From positions 18,352,001-18,416,000 of the forward strand of contig OZ249443.1 in assembly GCA_965235115.1 (NCBI GenBank): a DNA stretch of 64,000 nt, written 5' to 3'. Below, in pieces: positions 36,570-48,353 of this stretch. The DNA comes from Laetmonice hystrix (taxonomy: Eukaryota). The position numbers and the translations under genes are program-made. The notes beneath the pieces were generated by a model, which did no database searches, had not been told where the DNA came from, and saw only the letters and a program-made list of their open reading frames with translations. Numbering within the stretch: position 1 is the first letter of the stretch; each line of letters begins with the position of its first letter.

Positions 36570-38131
36570 CACCTTGTATACTAGAAGCATCCGTTCATCT
36601 ATATTTCGTCAGCTATTGTATTCAGTTAACCGGCGTAACTGTTTGCATTCCATCAGCATCCCGCTGCTCGGCTTATAATGGTTCCGGTGAGAACTGAGGC
36701 CACACAGAACATTAAACGAATTCAATGTAGCACAGAGAACGCACTGCTAGTATCTAATGGTTTCATACCATTATCAGTTCACACAATGTGTGTCTCTCTG
36801 CACATGTGGCCCCTTTTTATACACAACTTATAACTCTGGTCTGCTCGCTCATAGCGCTGTCATTGCGTCTTTCAGCCAGCCGTTGTTGGGGGTCTCAGAG
36901 AGTCGGTTAGGGCCGTTAACTCACCTTCAACGTACCACTTACTGCCTTGCCATTAACATGTGTACTGAGGGACATTAGAAACTGTATCAGTCCCCTTGGG
37001 AGATTATTTGTGACAGTCTGCAGCCCTACTTCTGGAAAACACTCGTTGTTTGATGATCATCACTTAATGAATTCACCCCAGTCAGCTGTCTACTCTGATT
37101 GGTCACTTATACCCAGGGGATAGACTTGATGAGCGTTGACTGGTCACACGTGTTTTCAGTAAGACGTTTCCTGATTGGTTAATAGCTACATGTTCCGGGT
37201 CTGGAGACTTTCAGCCGACACCAACACCGATCTCGACGTGTCAGAGAACCATGTTAAGTAGACGCGGTCGTTCGACATGAAAGCTACCAGAACTACCGCA
37301 CTAAGGTTAACACCCAGGGCAAGCTTCCCCGAGGGACCATGTGTCCTTGTATATTAGCAGTAACATGCAATAGGAATGGGGTTTGCCCCTCTAAATGTGA
37401 GGGGAATGGGATCGGATTCAAGCGGTGGCCGAGGTATGGGCCTTGAGGCACGGATCAGATATAAAGGCCTAGGCGATCCCTGTGGGCTGGCACGGGACCT
37501 GCTGGCGTGGCTCGCATCTTGTTTTTAGATGTTTTATTGATGGGTGTCTGATGATGAACAAGTCCTGTTCATTTGTAGCGGGGAGGCTGTTCATGGGCGG
37601 AGCAAGATGACTCGCTTGATGGCTCGCTCGGCCGTTCGGTCTGACGGCGATTGGGGTATTTTACAGTTGTAACCTGACTGGGGGTGCCCCGTTACCGTGT
37701 GACTGCTGTGTGATGTTGGATTCACACCGTGTGAATGCCATTTAATGTTGGATTCACACAGTTTGTATAGGTCGGTGGCACAGAGTGTGATCGATCAGGC
37801 AGAATTACATACCATTGCAGGGATCCGCAGTAGAAGGTCTGACTTAGGAATGTCAGAAGTACACACAATCCCGTAAATCTTGCTCAATACTAATGAGGCA
37901 GTGGGCCTACCAGAGGTAGAGACCAAGACATGGTTGTACGGTATATATGCTCACTAGAACTGTATAGACGCCCCATTACATCAGAAATCTTCCACAACTG
38001 TTGTGGAAATATCTGATTACATACCACGAGAAGACCTGCCCACATCTCTAAGACTTGTTATAGAGTCCTCATCGTGAACCCGCCAGGCAGATTCACATAC
38101 CAATAGAGCAGTCGGACCCGGGTCCTAGTGG

Positions 38132-38849
38132 CAATTAATAACATCAGAACTACAGGCGTGATACCCTACCAACCACATAAAGAGGGAGAGTCAATCAATA
38201 ACATCAGAACTACAGGCGTGATACCCTACCAACCACATAAAGAGGGCTAGTCAATTAATAACATCAGAACTACAGGCGTGATACCTTACCAACCACATAA
38301 AGAGGGAGAGTCAATCAATAACATCAGAACTACAGGCGTGATACCCTACCAACCACATAAAGAGGGATAGTCAATTAATAACATCAGAACTGCAGGCGTG
38401 ATACCCTACCAACCACATAAAGAGGGATAGTCAATTAATAACATCAGAACTACAGGCGTGATACCTTACCAACCACATAAAGAGGGCTAGTCAATTAATA
38501 ACATCAGAACTACAGGCGTGATACCTTACCAACCACATAAAGAGGGCTAGTCAATTAATGACATCAGAACTACAGGCGTGATACCTTACCAACCACATAA
38601 AGAGGGATAGTCAATTGATAACATCAGAACTACAGGCGTAATACCTTACCAACCACATAAAGAGGGAGAGTCAATTAATAACATCAGAACTACAGGCGTG
38701 ATACCTTACCAACCACATAAAGAGGGCTAGTCAATTAATAACATCAGAACTACAGGCGTGATACCTTACCAACCACATAAAGAGGGCTAGTCAATTAATA
38801 ACATCAGAACTACAGGCGTGATACCCTACCAACCACATAAAGAGTCAAT
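38132..38849. repeat. Minisatellite, 60-bp unit x12
   Basis: Columns align exactly in the 60-nt lines: CAATTAATAACATCAGAACTACAGGCGTGATACC(C/T)TACCAACCACATAAAGAGGG(C/A)TAGT. Confidence 0.98.
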
Positions 38850-39268
38850 CCGAGACGGGACATAACCTCAGACGTCAAAGAGACGGCCTTAGTTCTTGAA
38901 GACAATATTGGTCCCGGGTGGGAGGTTTGAGGGTTCCGAGGAGTTGCACCCAGAATTGCAGGTCGTCAACCTACCTCCAGTGTCACAGGCCATAATCACC
39001 CGTCAAATGGCACCTCAGTACCACCAGGTCCCTGAGGAGGTTAGTGCAGGGGGGGGGGCACCAATGGTGCGGTAACGTAGTGTCTATAAGGGATACAATA
39101 ATAAAGCTAGGGTACCGGTATTCAACTGTTCTCCTCACTGCCGTGTCCTCAGATGGCCAGTCCCCGGGGTAGGAGAGAAGCTGTTGTTGCCAGGTTCACC
39201 GTTAGATAAGGCAGCGACACAGATTTATAGATGCTAACCCTCCTAGTGACCTCTAACATTGCTTTCAG

Positions 39269-39314
39269 ACCTCCGGGCCAGACGACCATTTCCTCCCCCA
39301 GACTTTAACTCAGT
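39269..39314 (+). CDS. Candidate 46-nt exon (LRARRPFPPPDFNS)
   Basis: Acceptor CTCTAAC-ATTGCTTTCAG and donor GTGAGT; two of three frames are open. No homology recognised. Confidence 0.3.
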
Positions 39315-40073
39315 GTGAGTCGATTGCTATATCGGAACACTATAGAAGCCTTTGGTGTGGAGGACCTGCACTGATATGTGCCCTGGGAGCCAATCTCGGC
39401 TAGGATATTAGCCAAGTGACCAGTTGAATATAAATAGTATACGTGCCTTCACTGGGAAATAGAGCACAAAGATTAGAACGTGCATGAGTTGGTAATGGAC
39501 CGTTAAACACGATCATTGGAGGCCGGATCACGTTATCAACTTCAATATCTTTATTATCTCCATTTCCCCTCGGAAAAAAAGGCTGCTGTAAGTTCTACGT
39601 GACGTGTCTTCTGGCATATTGGAATTAGATTTTGTCCTTGAAGGGTGAGATATCTAAATTATACCGATCAGAGTGGTCTAGGCCTAGAGAAGACGATGTT
39701 GTAGGAGAATTCCTGACGTAATCCATTGTAAGCTTGTTTTATTCTAGGGTTGGACGAGTTAATGACGTAGATTAATTCGATGTCCTGGGAGTGGCATGTT
39801 AAATAAGGCCGTTAAGTACGGGTAACCTCAGATGGCATGGACTCGCCCCAACCAGACACGATACGGCTTGATTACATTAACCTCCCAGACATCGTACCAA
39901 ACGGAGCGTGCTATAGGTGGATTGGTTGGAGTCTGCTGCTAACCAGTTCACTTCAGACTTCAGGTCGGGAGCTCGGCCTTTTGTTTATAACTGTAAGAAA
40001 AAGTAGGAATTCAAAATCAATTACAAACTTCATCGGAGTTGTGTGACTGGTGTTGGAATCGGAAGAACCCATT

Positions 40074-41247
40074 GGTGGTGTTGGTTGATTCCATGGCCAG
40101 TCGCTGGTCTGTATACCAGACCTTCACACTGAGTGTCTGGTGGTGTTGGTTGATTCCATGGCCAGTCGCTGGTCTGTACACCAGACCTTCACACTGAGTG
40201 TCTGGCGGTGTTGGTTGATTCCATGGCCAGTCGCTGGTCTGTATACCGGACCTTCACACTGAGTGTCTGGCGGTGTTGGTTGATTCCATGGCCAGTCGCT
40301 GGTCTGTATACCGGACCTTCACACTGAGTGTCTGGCGGTGTTGGTTGATTCCATGGCCAGTCGCTGGTCTGTATACCAGACTTCACACTGAGTGTCTGGT
40401 GGTGTTGGTTGATTCCATGGCCAGTCGCTGGTCTGTATACCAGACCTTCACACTGAGTGTCTGGCGGTGTTGGTTGATTCCATGGCCAGTCGCTGGTCTG
40501 TACACCAGACCTTCACACTGAGTGTCTGGTGGTGTTGGTTGATTCCATGGCCAGTCGCTGGTCTGTATACCAGACCTTCACACTGAGTGTCTGGCGGTGT
40601 TGGTTGATTCCATGGCCAGTCGCTGGTCTGTATACCAGACCTTCACACTGAGTGTCTGGTGGTGTTGGTTGATTCCATGGCCAGTCGCTGGTCTGTATAC
40701 CAGACTTTCACACTGAGTGTCTGGTGGTGTTGGTTGATTCCATGGACAGTCGCTGGTCTGTATACCAGACTTTCACACTGAGTGTCTGGTGGTGTTGGTT
40801 GATTCCATGGCCAGTCGCTGGTCTGTATACCAGACCTTCACACTGAGTGTCTGGTGGTGTTGGTTGATCCCATGGCCAGTCGCTGGTCTGTATACCGGAC
40901 CTTCACACTGAGTGTCTGGTGGTGTTGGTTGATTCCATGGCCAGTCGCTGGTCTGTATACCAGACCTTCACACTGAGTGTCTGGTGGTGTTGGTTGATTC
41001 CATGGCCAGTCGCTGGTCTGTATACCAGACCTTCACACTGAGTGTCTGGTGGTGTTGGTTGATTCCATGGCCAGTCGCTGGTCTGTATACCAGACCTTCA
41101 CACTGAGTGTCTGGCGGTGTTGGTTGATTCCATGGACAGTCGCTGGTCTGTATACCAGACCTTCACACCGAGTGTCTGGTGGTGTTGGTTGATTCCATGG
41201 CCAGTCGCTGGTCTGTATACCGGACCTTCACACCGAGTGTCTGGTGG
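40074..41247. repeat. Minisatellite, 65-bp unit x18
   Basis: Unit TTGGTTGATTCCATGGCCAGTCGCTGGTCTGTATACCAGACCTTCACACTGAGTGTCTGG(T/C)GGTG. Confidence 0.98.
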
Positions 41248-42644
41248 TTGCCGGCCAATCATTGCCAGCCGTGGGAATGGGCGGTAAATCGCCGTGCAGG
41301 GAAAGCAGCGGAAGAATTAGGTGCCAGACTTCAGTTCGGAGCGGAATCCTTGAGCGTTGCCTGGCAATAGTCAGTGTCTTTAATGTTTCCTGTCTGAGGC
41401 AGTGTCAGTGTGTCCCGTCAGCCTCTCCCCACCCCGCCCACCAACCCCCTAAGATCGTCCTTCTGTCCGCCAGGCAGACTGAATCCACTCTACCCCCACC
41501 AGCCCAAACAGACTGATTAAAGTAATCGACTTGTCTCCTCCGGGTGGGACACTCCTTTAAGGATTACAGAGAGCGCGTGTGAGGTACCATCGTAACTTGT
41601 AGTTAAAGAGAAGATCTTGAAGCAGCTGTCGGTCCGACAGGTGCTGTAAATGGTGGGTTCAGTGCAGCAGTTGGTGCACTGTGGAGCACGTCATTGAATG
41701 GGCCATCGACCTGGGTAAACGGCGGCAGACGGGATCAGCCCTCCCACTCCAGCTTTCAGTTTCCCACAAGGGATTACAGCTTAAAGAGCTCCAGCGGTTT
41801 TTTAAAAAGAAACGCCTTGTGTGCTGAGCACACTATGTGTTGAAGTACTTAATGAATTCCTGATTTGTATTGAGCAGAGACCGAATGAAAGCCATGTCCA
41901 CATTGAGGTAATCTTTCAGTTAATGCGTTTTAACGGATAATTTGAATGTAGTCAGTGACAAATTCTGTTTGTGGTTTTGTTGACTGAGAGTTTGGAAAAG
42001 ACAGCGTCTCGTTGCATCTACAAAGCCCTTTGTGCAGAGACTTAGCATTAGCAATGGTAAATGTGTTTTGTGTATGGCAAACTGAGATGGTGTGGTCCGT
42101 ATCTCATGTCGTTTTCTGCCTGCAATCAGGACATGTGCTCATCAGAATAATTATTATTATATTCCGGGTTCAAATCACAGATGTTGGGTTGTCAGGCCGT
42201 CCAAAATTGGATCAAGGTGGTCAGTCTTCAACAAGCCTAGAAGAAGCCGGGTTTCCACCGTCCGAGTTGATCAGCTATTCGGAGGACAAATTTTGACGGC
42301 GTCCGGCCGACCGACAGTGGGGCCACCTAGTGAATGAGTAATGAACCGCTGCATTATGCATGGTGTGGGCCGTGCAGGTGGTTTTTGAGGTTAGAGAAGA
42401 AATGACCAGTGGGCTTGAAGACAAGTGGGATGCCACATAGGTGGGATAGATGTAATGTTTTGTGAAGGGAAGAGGGGTCGGAGGTTAGGAGATAATGGTG
42501 TGGGAGCTAGGGGCCTAGCCCCCGTGCGCAGCCTCCCCAGGGAATCAGGTGTGGGGCACCTTCCATGTTTGACCCTCGTTAACCTGGAAGGAACCTCCTA
42601 ATATGGCCCTAATGGACGCCCGACCTGACACCTAGGTGTGGGTC

Positions 42645-42716
42645 GCCCTCGTTACCCTTGCGCTGTCCTCGTTACACACTGAGCATCCTCATTACACATT
42701 GAGTGCCCTCATTACC
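42645..42716. repeat. Degenerate 20-bp tandem repeat x~3.6
   Basis: (G/A)(C/T)CCTC(G/A)TTAC recurs at 42645, 42665, 42685 and 42705. Confidence 0.7.
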
Positions 42717-43540
42717 GTCAAAGTGGCCTCCACGCTGTAGAATACAAACAGGGACCATTATTTGAAGTTGGAGAAACATCTGTTAAAATGTGTTTGGGAG
42801 TACGATTACCTACTTAGTTTAGCTGACAAACGGACCACCCAGTTTCTTCCACCTCAAGGGGTTTTTAAAACCATTTTCACTTACCTTTGCAGCCCTGACG
42901 TACAGTAGCGATCTCCAAGTCAGTGTGCATAGACTCTCCATTTCTAGAGCCATGGACAAGGAGGATTTAACACAGACCCACTGACTCACTGAAATCACAC
43001 CTGAGGAGGAGGAGGACCCCCCCGGTTTCACGGTTTACTCTTTCAGCCGCCGACAGGGGGAGCTGTGTGACTAACTGTGATCTAGAATTAACATTACGGA
43101 GGTTGTGGTGTGACCTATTGTGAAAGGACAGTTTCCAAGATGGCATCTGTTTACGTGTTTGGTGATGACTTGCAGGAGATGAAGGACCATCTGTCATCTC
43201 CACAGACACGGACACGGGAAGACAAGAAGTCACGACAGGTAGGTCAATCACAACTTTATTACAAACTTTACCAAGGGTAGTAGAGTATAGCTGAAGGCTG
43301 GACAAAAATCTGAAAAATTATTGCAGAGGAGACAAATTAAAACCAACCTGTTTGAATGGAGTGAACGACCTCTTTTTGTTTTAATTGAATCTTTTTGCGG
43401 TTGCTCCACGTGGATAATTTCACACGTCAAACACAAAATGCAATAAGTTCCCAAACTTTATCTGGTTTCGTACTATCCAGTGGGATTTCCTGTAGATGAG
43501 CTTTGGGCGTCCGCAGAAAAGTGGCATTTAGTAGAAAAGT

Positions 43541-43914
43541 TACCTGACCCTAACAGTAACTTAGACCGCACTCCGTATCCAGTATCTGTTCCCGGGTATA
43601 TCTATACCTGACCCTGACAGTAACTTAGACAGCACTCCGTATCCAGTATCTGTTCCCGGGTATATCTATACCTGACCCTGACAGTAACTTAGACAGCACT
43701 CCGTATCCAGTATCTGTTCCCGGGTATATCTATACCTGACCCTGACAGTCACTTAGATAGCACTCCGTATCCAGTATCTGTTCCCGGGTATATCTATACC
43801 TGACCCTGACAGTAACTTAGACAGCACTCCGTATCCAGTATCTGTTCCCGGGTATATCTATACCTGACCCTGACAGTAACTTAGACAGCACTCCGTATCC
43901 AGTATCTGTTCCCG
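43541..43914. repeat. Minisatellite, 64-bp unit x~5.8
   Basis: Unit TACCTGACCCTGACAGTAACTTAGACAGCACTCCGTATCCAGTATCTGTTCCCGGGTATATCTA. Confidence 0.98.
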
Positions 43915-44331
43915 TCAACACGAGTGTTGACGACTCGTACAAGTGTTTATTTCCTCCCTGACAGTTTCACATGATGGATTACGTCTCGTAATGATCATTA
44001 TTTTCACACAGCCATGATTTTACTATTCAACCGGATCGGTTGGCGGTTTTGGTCTATAGGAACTGGCCATTGGAAAACGTTTCACCATCATTTGTTTGAA
44101 ATTAGGTGATTCATCAAAACCGCTGAAAATCCCACAAATGTAGCTCTATTTGGTTTGGTAGGAAAATCCATTAGTGGGCGTTTTAAGATGTTTAAAATCG
44201 AAGTGCTCTTCTTCAGAAATTAATTGAGATGGTTTATTTGTATTACTTTGAGTTGGTAGTTTTCTTTTCTTTCCTGACACGAATATCACAGTTTTAAACT
44301 TGATTTGATGTTTTTCTTGTTTTCCATACAG

Positions 44332-44352
44332 CAGGCAGCAAATGAACGTCAG
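44332..44352 (+). CDS. Candidate 21-nt micro-exon
   Basis: Acceptor TTTTTCTTGTTTTCCATACAG (with a tandem CAGCAG), exon CAGGCAGCAAATGAACGTCAG, donor CAG/GTAGGG. Reads QAANERQ or RQQMNV. Confidence 0.3.
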
Positions 44353-44698
44353 GTAGGGTTCTGCTTACAACAAGAAAGTTTTACTAACAGCTACGCCTGC
44401 AACTTACAAACGCAGCATGCATATTTTCCCATTAGTTAACATGATTATTTATCAATATCAACAACGACTAATACAGAAACGTTACATTTGCTGACAATAA
44501 CATTTTACACGCACATACGTTCCTGTACTTGGAGAAGGAAGTTGAATGTGACAACCAGCCGTCATGCTAGAAATATCAACAAACGTTTAGTATCATGTCA
44601 AAATGTGAAATGTTTTACTATATAAACTGGAATTACCTGGAAAGTATATCTATGTTAAGCTGAGTCGGACCTCATAAATTGGCGCATCGAGTTGAAAT

Positions 44699-44757
44699 GT
44701 CACGTGATAGCAGAACAGCTCTGCCATTGGGCGGTTGTCTGCCATGTCGTGACGTCA
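44699..44757. promoter_or_regulatory. Promoter-like motif cluster (E-box, CCAAT/GC box, CRE)
   Basis: GTCACGTGAT at 44699-44708, overlapping ATTGG/GGGCGG at 44726-44734, and a perfect TGACGTCA at 44750-44757. Confidence 0.35.
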
Positions 44758-44970
44758 TTCCAGTCTCGAGCCGTTTGCCTGTTTTGACGGTGACAGAAAG
44801 CATTCCACTTCTTTCCTTTTGACATGGACAGTGATTTAAGTTGAAATTTCCTTTATACTTTGAAATAACGCATTGCTTTTATAGTTATCGGGGACATCCA
44901 TGCTTTTTACATTCTGTAGTACATTGAATTTTTGTTTTAACATGGCATGCTTCGATTTCTGAGTAGGCCC

Positions 44971-46418
44971 TATTATTCACTCTGAGGGTAGAGTGTGAGT
45001 ATTATTCACTCTGAGGGCAGAGTGTGAGTATTCACCATGAGGGCAGAGTGTGAGTATTATTTACCCTGAGGGCAGAGTGTGAGTATTCACTCTGAGGGCA
45101 GAGTGTGAGTATTTACTCTGAGGGCAGAGTGTGAGTATTCACCCTGAGGGCAGAGTGTGAGTATTCACCCCGGGGGCAGAGTGTGAGTATTCACCATGAG
45201 GGCAGAGTGTGAGTATTATTTACCCTGAGGGCAGAGTGTGAGTATTCACTCTGAGGGCAGAGTGTGAGTATTTACTCTGAGGGCAGAGTGTGAGTATTCA
45301 CCCTGAGGGCAGAGTGTGAGTATTCACCCTGGGGGCAGAGTGTGAGTATTCACCATGAGGGCAGAGTGTGAGTATTATTCACCCTGAGGGCAGAGTGTGA
45401 GTATTCACCATGAGGGCAGAGTGTGAGTATTATTCACCCTGAGGGCAGAGTGTGAGTATTATTCACCCTGAGGGCAGAGTGTGAGTATTCACCATGAGGG
45501 CAGAGTGTGAGTATTATTCACCCTGAGGGCAGAGTGTGAGTATTCACCATGAGGGCAGAGTGTGAGTATTATTCACCCTGAGGGCAGAGTGTGAGTATTC
45601 ACCATGAGGGCAGAGTGTGAGTATTCACCCTGAGGGCAGAGTGTGAGTATTATTCACCCTGAGGGCAGAGTGTGAGTATTATTCACTCTGAGGGCAGAGT
45701 GTGAGTATTATTCACCATGAGGGCAGAGTGTGAGTATTCACCCTGAGGGCAGAGTGTGAGTATTCACCCTGAGGGCAGAGCGTGAGTATTCACTCTGAGG
45801 GCAGAGTGTGAGTATTCACCCTGAGGGCAGAGTGTGAGTATTAACCCTGAGGGCAGAGTGTGAGTATTCACCCTGGGGGCAGAGTGTGAGTATTCACTCT
45901 GAGGGCAGAGTGTGAGTATTCACCCTGAGGGCAGAGTGTGAGTATTATTCACTCTGAGGGCAGAGTGTGAGTATTATTCACCCTGAGGGCAGAGTGTGAG
46001 TATTATTCACCCTGAGGGCAGAGTGTGAGTATTATTCACCCTGAGGGCAGAGTGTGAGTATTATTCACCCTGAGGGCAGAGTGTGAGTATTCACCCTGAG
46101 GGCAGAGTGTGAGTATTATTCACCCTGAGGGCAGAGTGTGAGTTTTATTCACCTTGAGGGCAGAGTGTGAGTATTCACCATGAGGGCAGAGTGTGAGTAT
46201 TCACCCTGGGGGCAGAGTGTGAGTATTCACCCTGGGGGCAGAGTGTGAGTATTCACCATGAGGGCAGAGTGTGAGTATTCACCCTGAGGGCAGAGTGTGA
46301 GTATCCACCCTGAGGGCAGAGTGTGAGTATTCACCATGAGGGCAGAGTGTGAGTATCCACCCTGAGGGCAGAGTGTGAGTATTCACCCTGAGGGCAGAGT
46401 GTGAGTATTATTCACCCT
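44971..46418. repeat. Minisatellite, 26/29-bp units x~53
   Basis: Unit TATTCACCCTGAGGGCAGAGTGTGAG, with or without an extra TAT; CCCTGA/CTCTGA/CCATGA/CCCTGG variants. Confidence 0.98.
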
Positions 46419-47734
46419 CTATAGAGAAAGTGAATATATTCTAATGAAACCCCCATGTTTCCAGTCTGTCCCCTCCAACCCCCTTCTCATTGTTTATTTA
46501 TACGTCTAATCTTAATCCAGGTGGGATGCCGTTGAGACACTATGTTAATCCTAACCCGTTGCCCTTCATATCGGGTTTAAAGACCTCCATATTACGTGCC
46601 CCAGGCGTCCCATGCCTTAGGAGCTGTTCTGTTATAGAGGCGATATTTTCCATATTAATGTTATAAATCCCTCAGTACAAGTATGTAGCCCCCGCAAAAC
46701 ATGCACAGAAAGCTAGTAGGCATAGTACTGACTACCATAGTTATATTCCTCTCCTATTAGAGTAAGAAGATTAAACTATTTTTGAAATATATGATGGAAG
46801 ATCATTAGGTTATACCCGTACATTTCAAAACTAGAAGAACAAGATCATCGTGAATAACGCTATAATATAACGTAATCGTTTGGGTCACGTCCTTCCAAGT
46901 CAAACTGTCGAAGAAACGAAACTTCCAACGCTGACGTAACGTTTATTAATGTTGTCTACTTCAGAAAGTTCGTGAACTATATAAAAGTATTCCGGACCAG
47001 TTGAGCCACTTGAGCAGTATTTACAGCAGAGATCGTCAAGACCAAATTGTTGCTTGTACCAATAATAGAATTATTGCCTTTAAGCACATGTCTTGCTGGT
47101 GGCCACTGAAGCTCAAGTAGCTGGAATGGAACCCTTGGATCTCCCCCAGACTCGGCCAAGTGATTGATGTCTTATTTACGCCCCCCTTAGGCTGGGGTAC
47201 AGTGATCCATCACTATAGAATCCGGGCACGCAGTCTACATATGTATTTAACCCTCTGACCCAGCCTACCGGTGGAGGGATGACAGCGGCTCTGATATGTC
47301 CAGTCTGGGAGTTCAGCTAACGCGATTTACAAACTCGTGAATAATGCTCGCAAACCCGACCAGAAATCTCTCCGAGCTTGTATTGAACCGGGGGAGATGT
47401 GTTAGGAAATGTGCTGAGTTAGCGATGGTCGTTTCAAAGGCAGCGGTATTACCAGACCAAGGAGAATAGCATTGGGACTGAAGGGATGGTGATGCCCGGT
47501 CGGTCCCCCGAAGCCCATATACTGTGACAGGGGTCCGAATAGCACTGTAGAAGCCCCTGTAGGGGTAGTGGGAAGCCATCAGGTCTAATGCCATATGTAC
47601 ACGAGCCACTAAATTATTTACCCTCAATCTCGCCCGAGTCGTTGGAAGGGTAAACGTTCCGGGGGTCGACTGTCAGCAGGCTGTTGGATCTACGTGCCGG
47701 AACCCAGTGAGACGTGAGCGCGAGCCCGGGCAGA

Positions 47735-48353
47735 GGGTCCTTCCTTGAGAGCCGGCGGGAGTGGGGGCCGGGCACGAGCACAGACAGGGCGCGTGAGGCT
47801 GGGAGTCCTTCCTTGGGACCCGGTGGGAGTGGGGGCCGGGCACGAGCACAGACAGGGCGCGTGAGGCTGGGAGCCTTCCATGGGAGCCGGCGGGAGTGGG
47901 GGCCGGGCACAGACAGGGAGTGTGAGGCTGGGAGCCTTCCATGGGAGCCGGCGGGAGTGGGGACCGGGCACAGACAGGGCGTGTGAGGCTGGGGGTCCTT
48001 CCTTGGGAGCCGGTGGGAGTGGGGGCCGGGCACAGACAGGGCGTGTGAGGCTGGGGGTCCTACCTTGGGAGCCGGTGGGAGTGGGGGCGCGGGCACGAGC
48101 ACGGACAGGCCGTGTGAGGCTGGGAGTCCTTCCCTGTGAGCCGGCGGGAGTGGGGGCCGGGCACGAGCACGGACAGGCCGTGTGAGGCTGGGAGTCCTTC
48201 CCTGTGAGCCGGCGGGAGTGGGGGCCGGGCACGGACAGGGCGCCCGAGGCTGGGAGTCCTACCTTGGGATCCGGCGGGAGTGGCGACCGGGCACGAGCAC
48301 GGACAGGGCGTGTGAGGCTGGGAGTCCTTCCTTGGGACCCGGCGGGAGTGGGG
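47735..48353. repeat. GC-rich minisatellite, ~62-68-bp unit x~9.5
   Basis: Unit GAGCCGGCGGGAGTGGGGGCCGGGCAC(GAGCAC)AGACAGGGCGTGTGAGGCTGGGAGTCCTTCCTTGG. It explains the PHSRRL/RARTGRV ORFs in the ORF track. Confidence 0.97.

Noticed and set aside
30141-42176. B-box-like GTTCGAATC (30141, -) and GGTTCAAATC (42167, +) as tRNA or SINE
   Set aside because: No A box at the proper distance and no cloverleaf.
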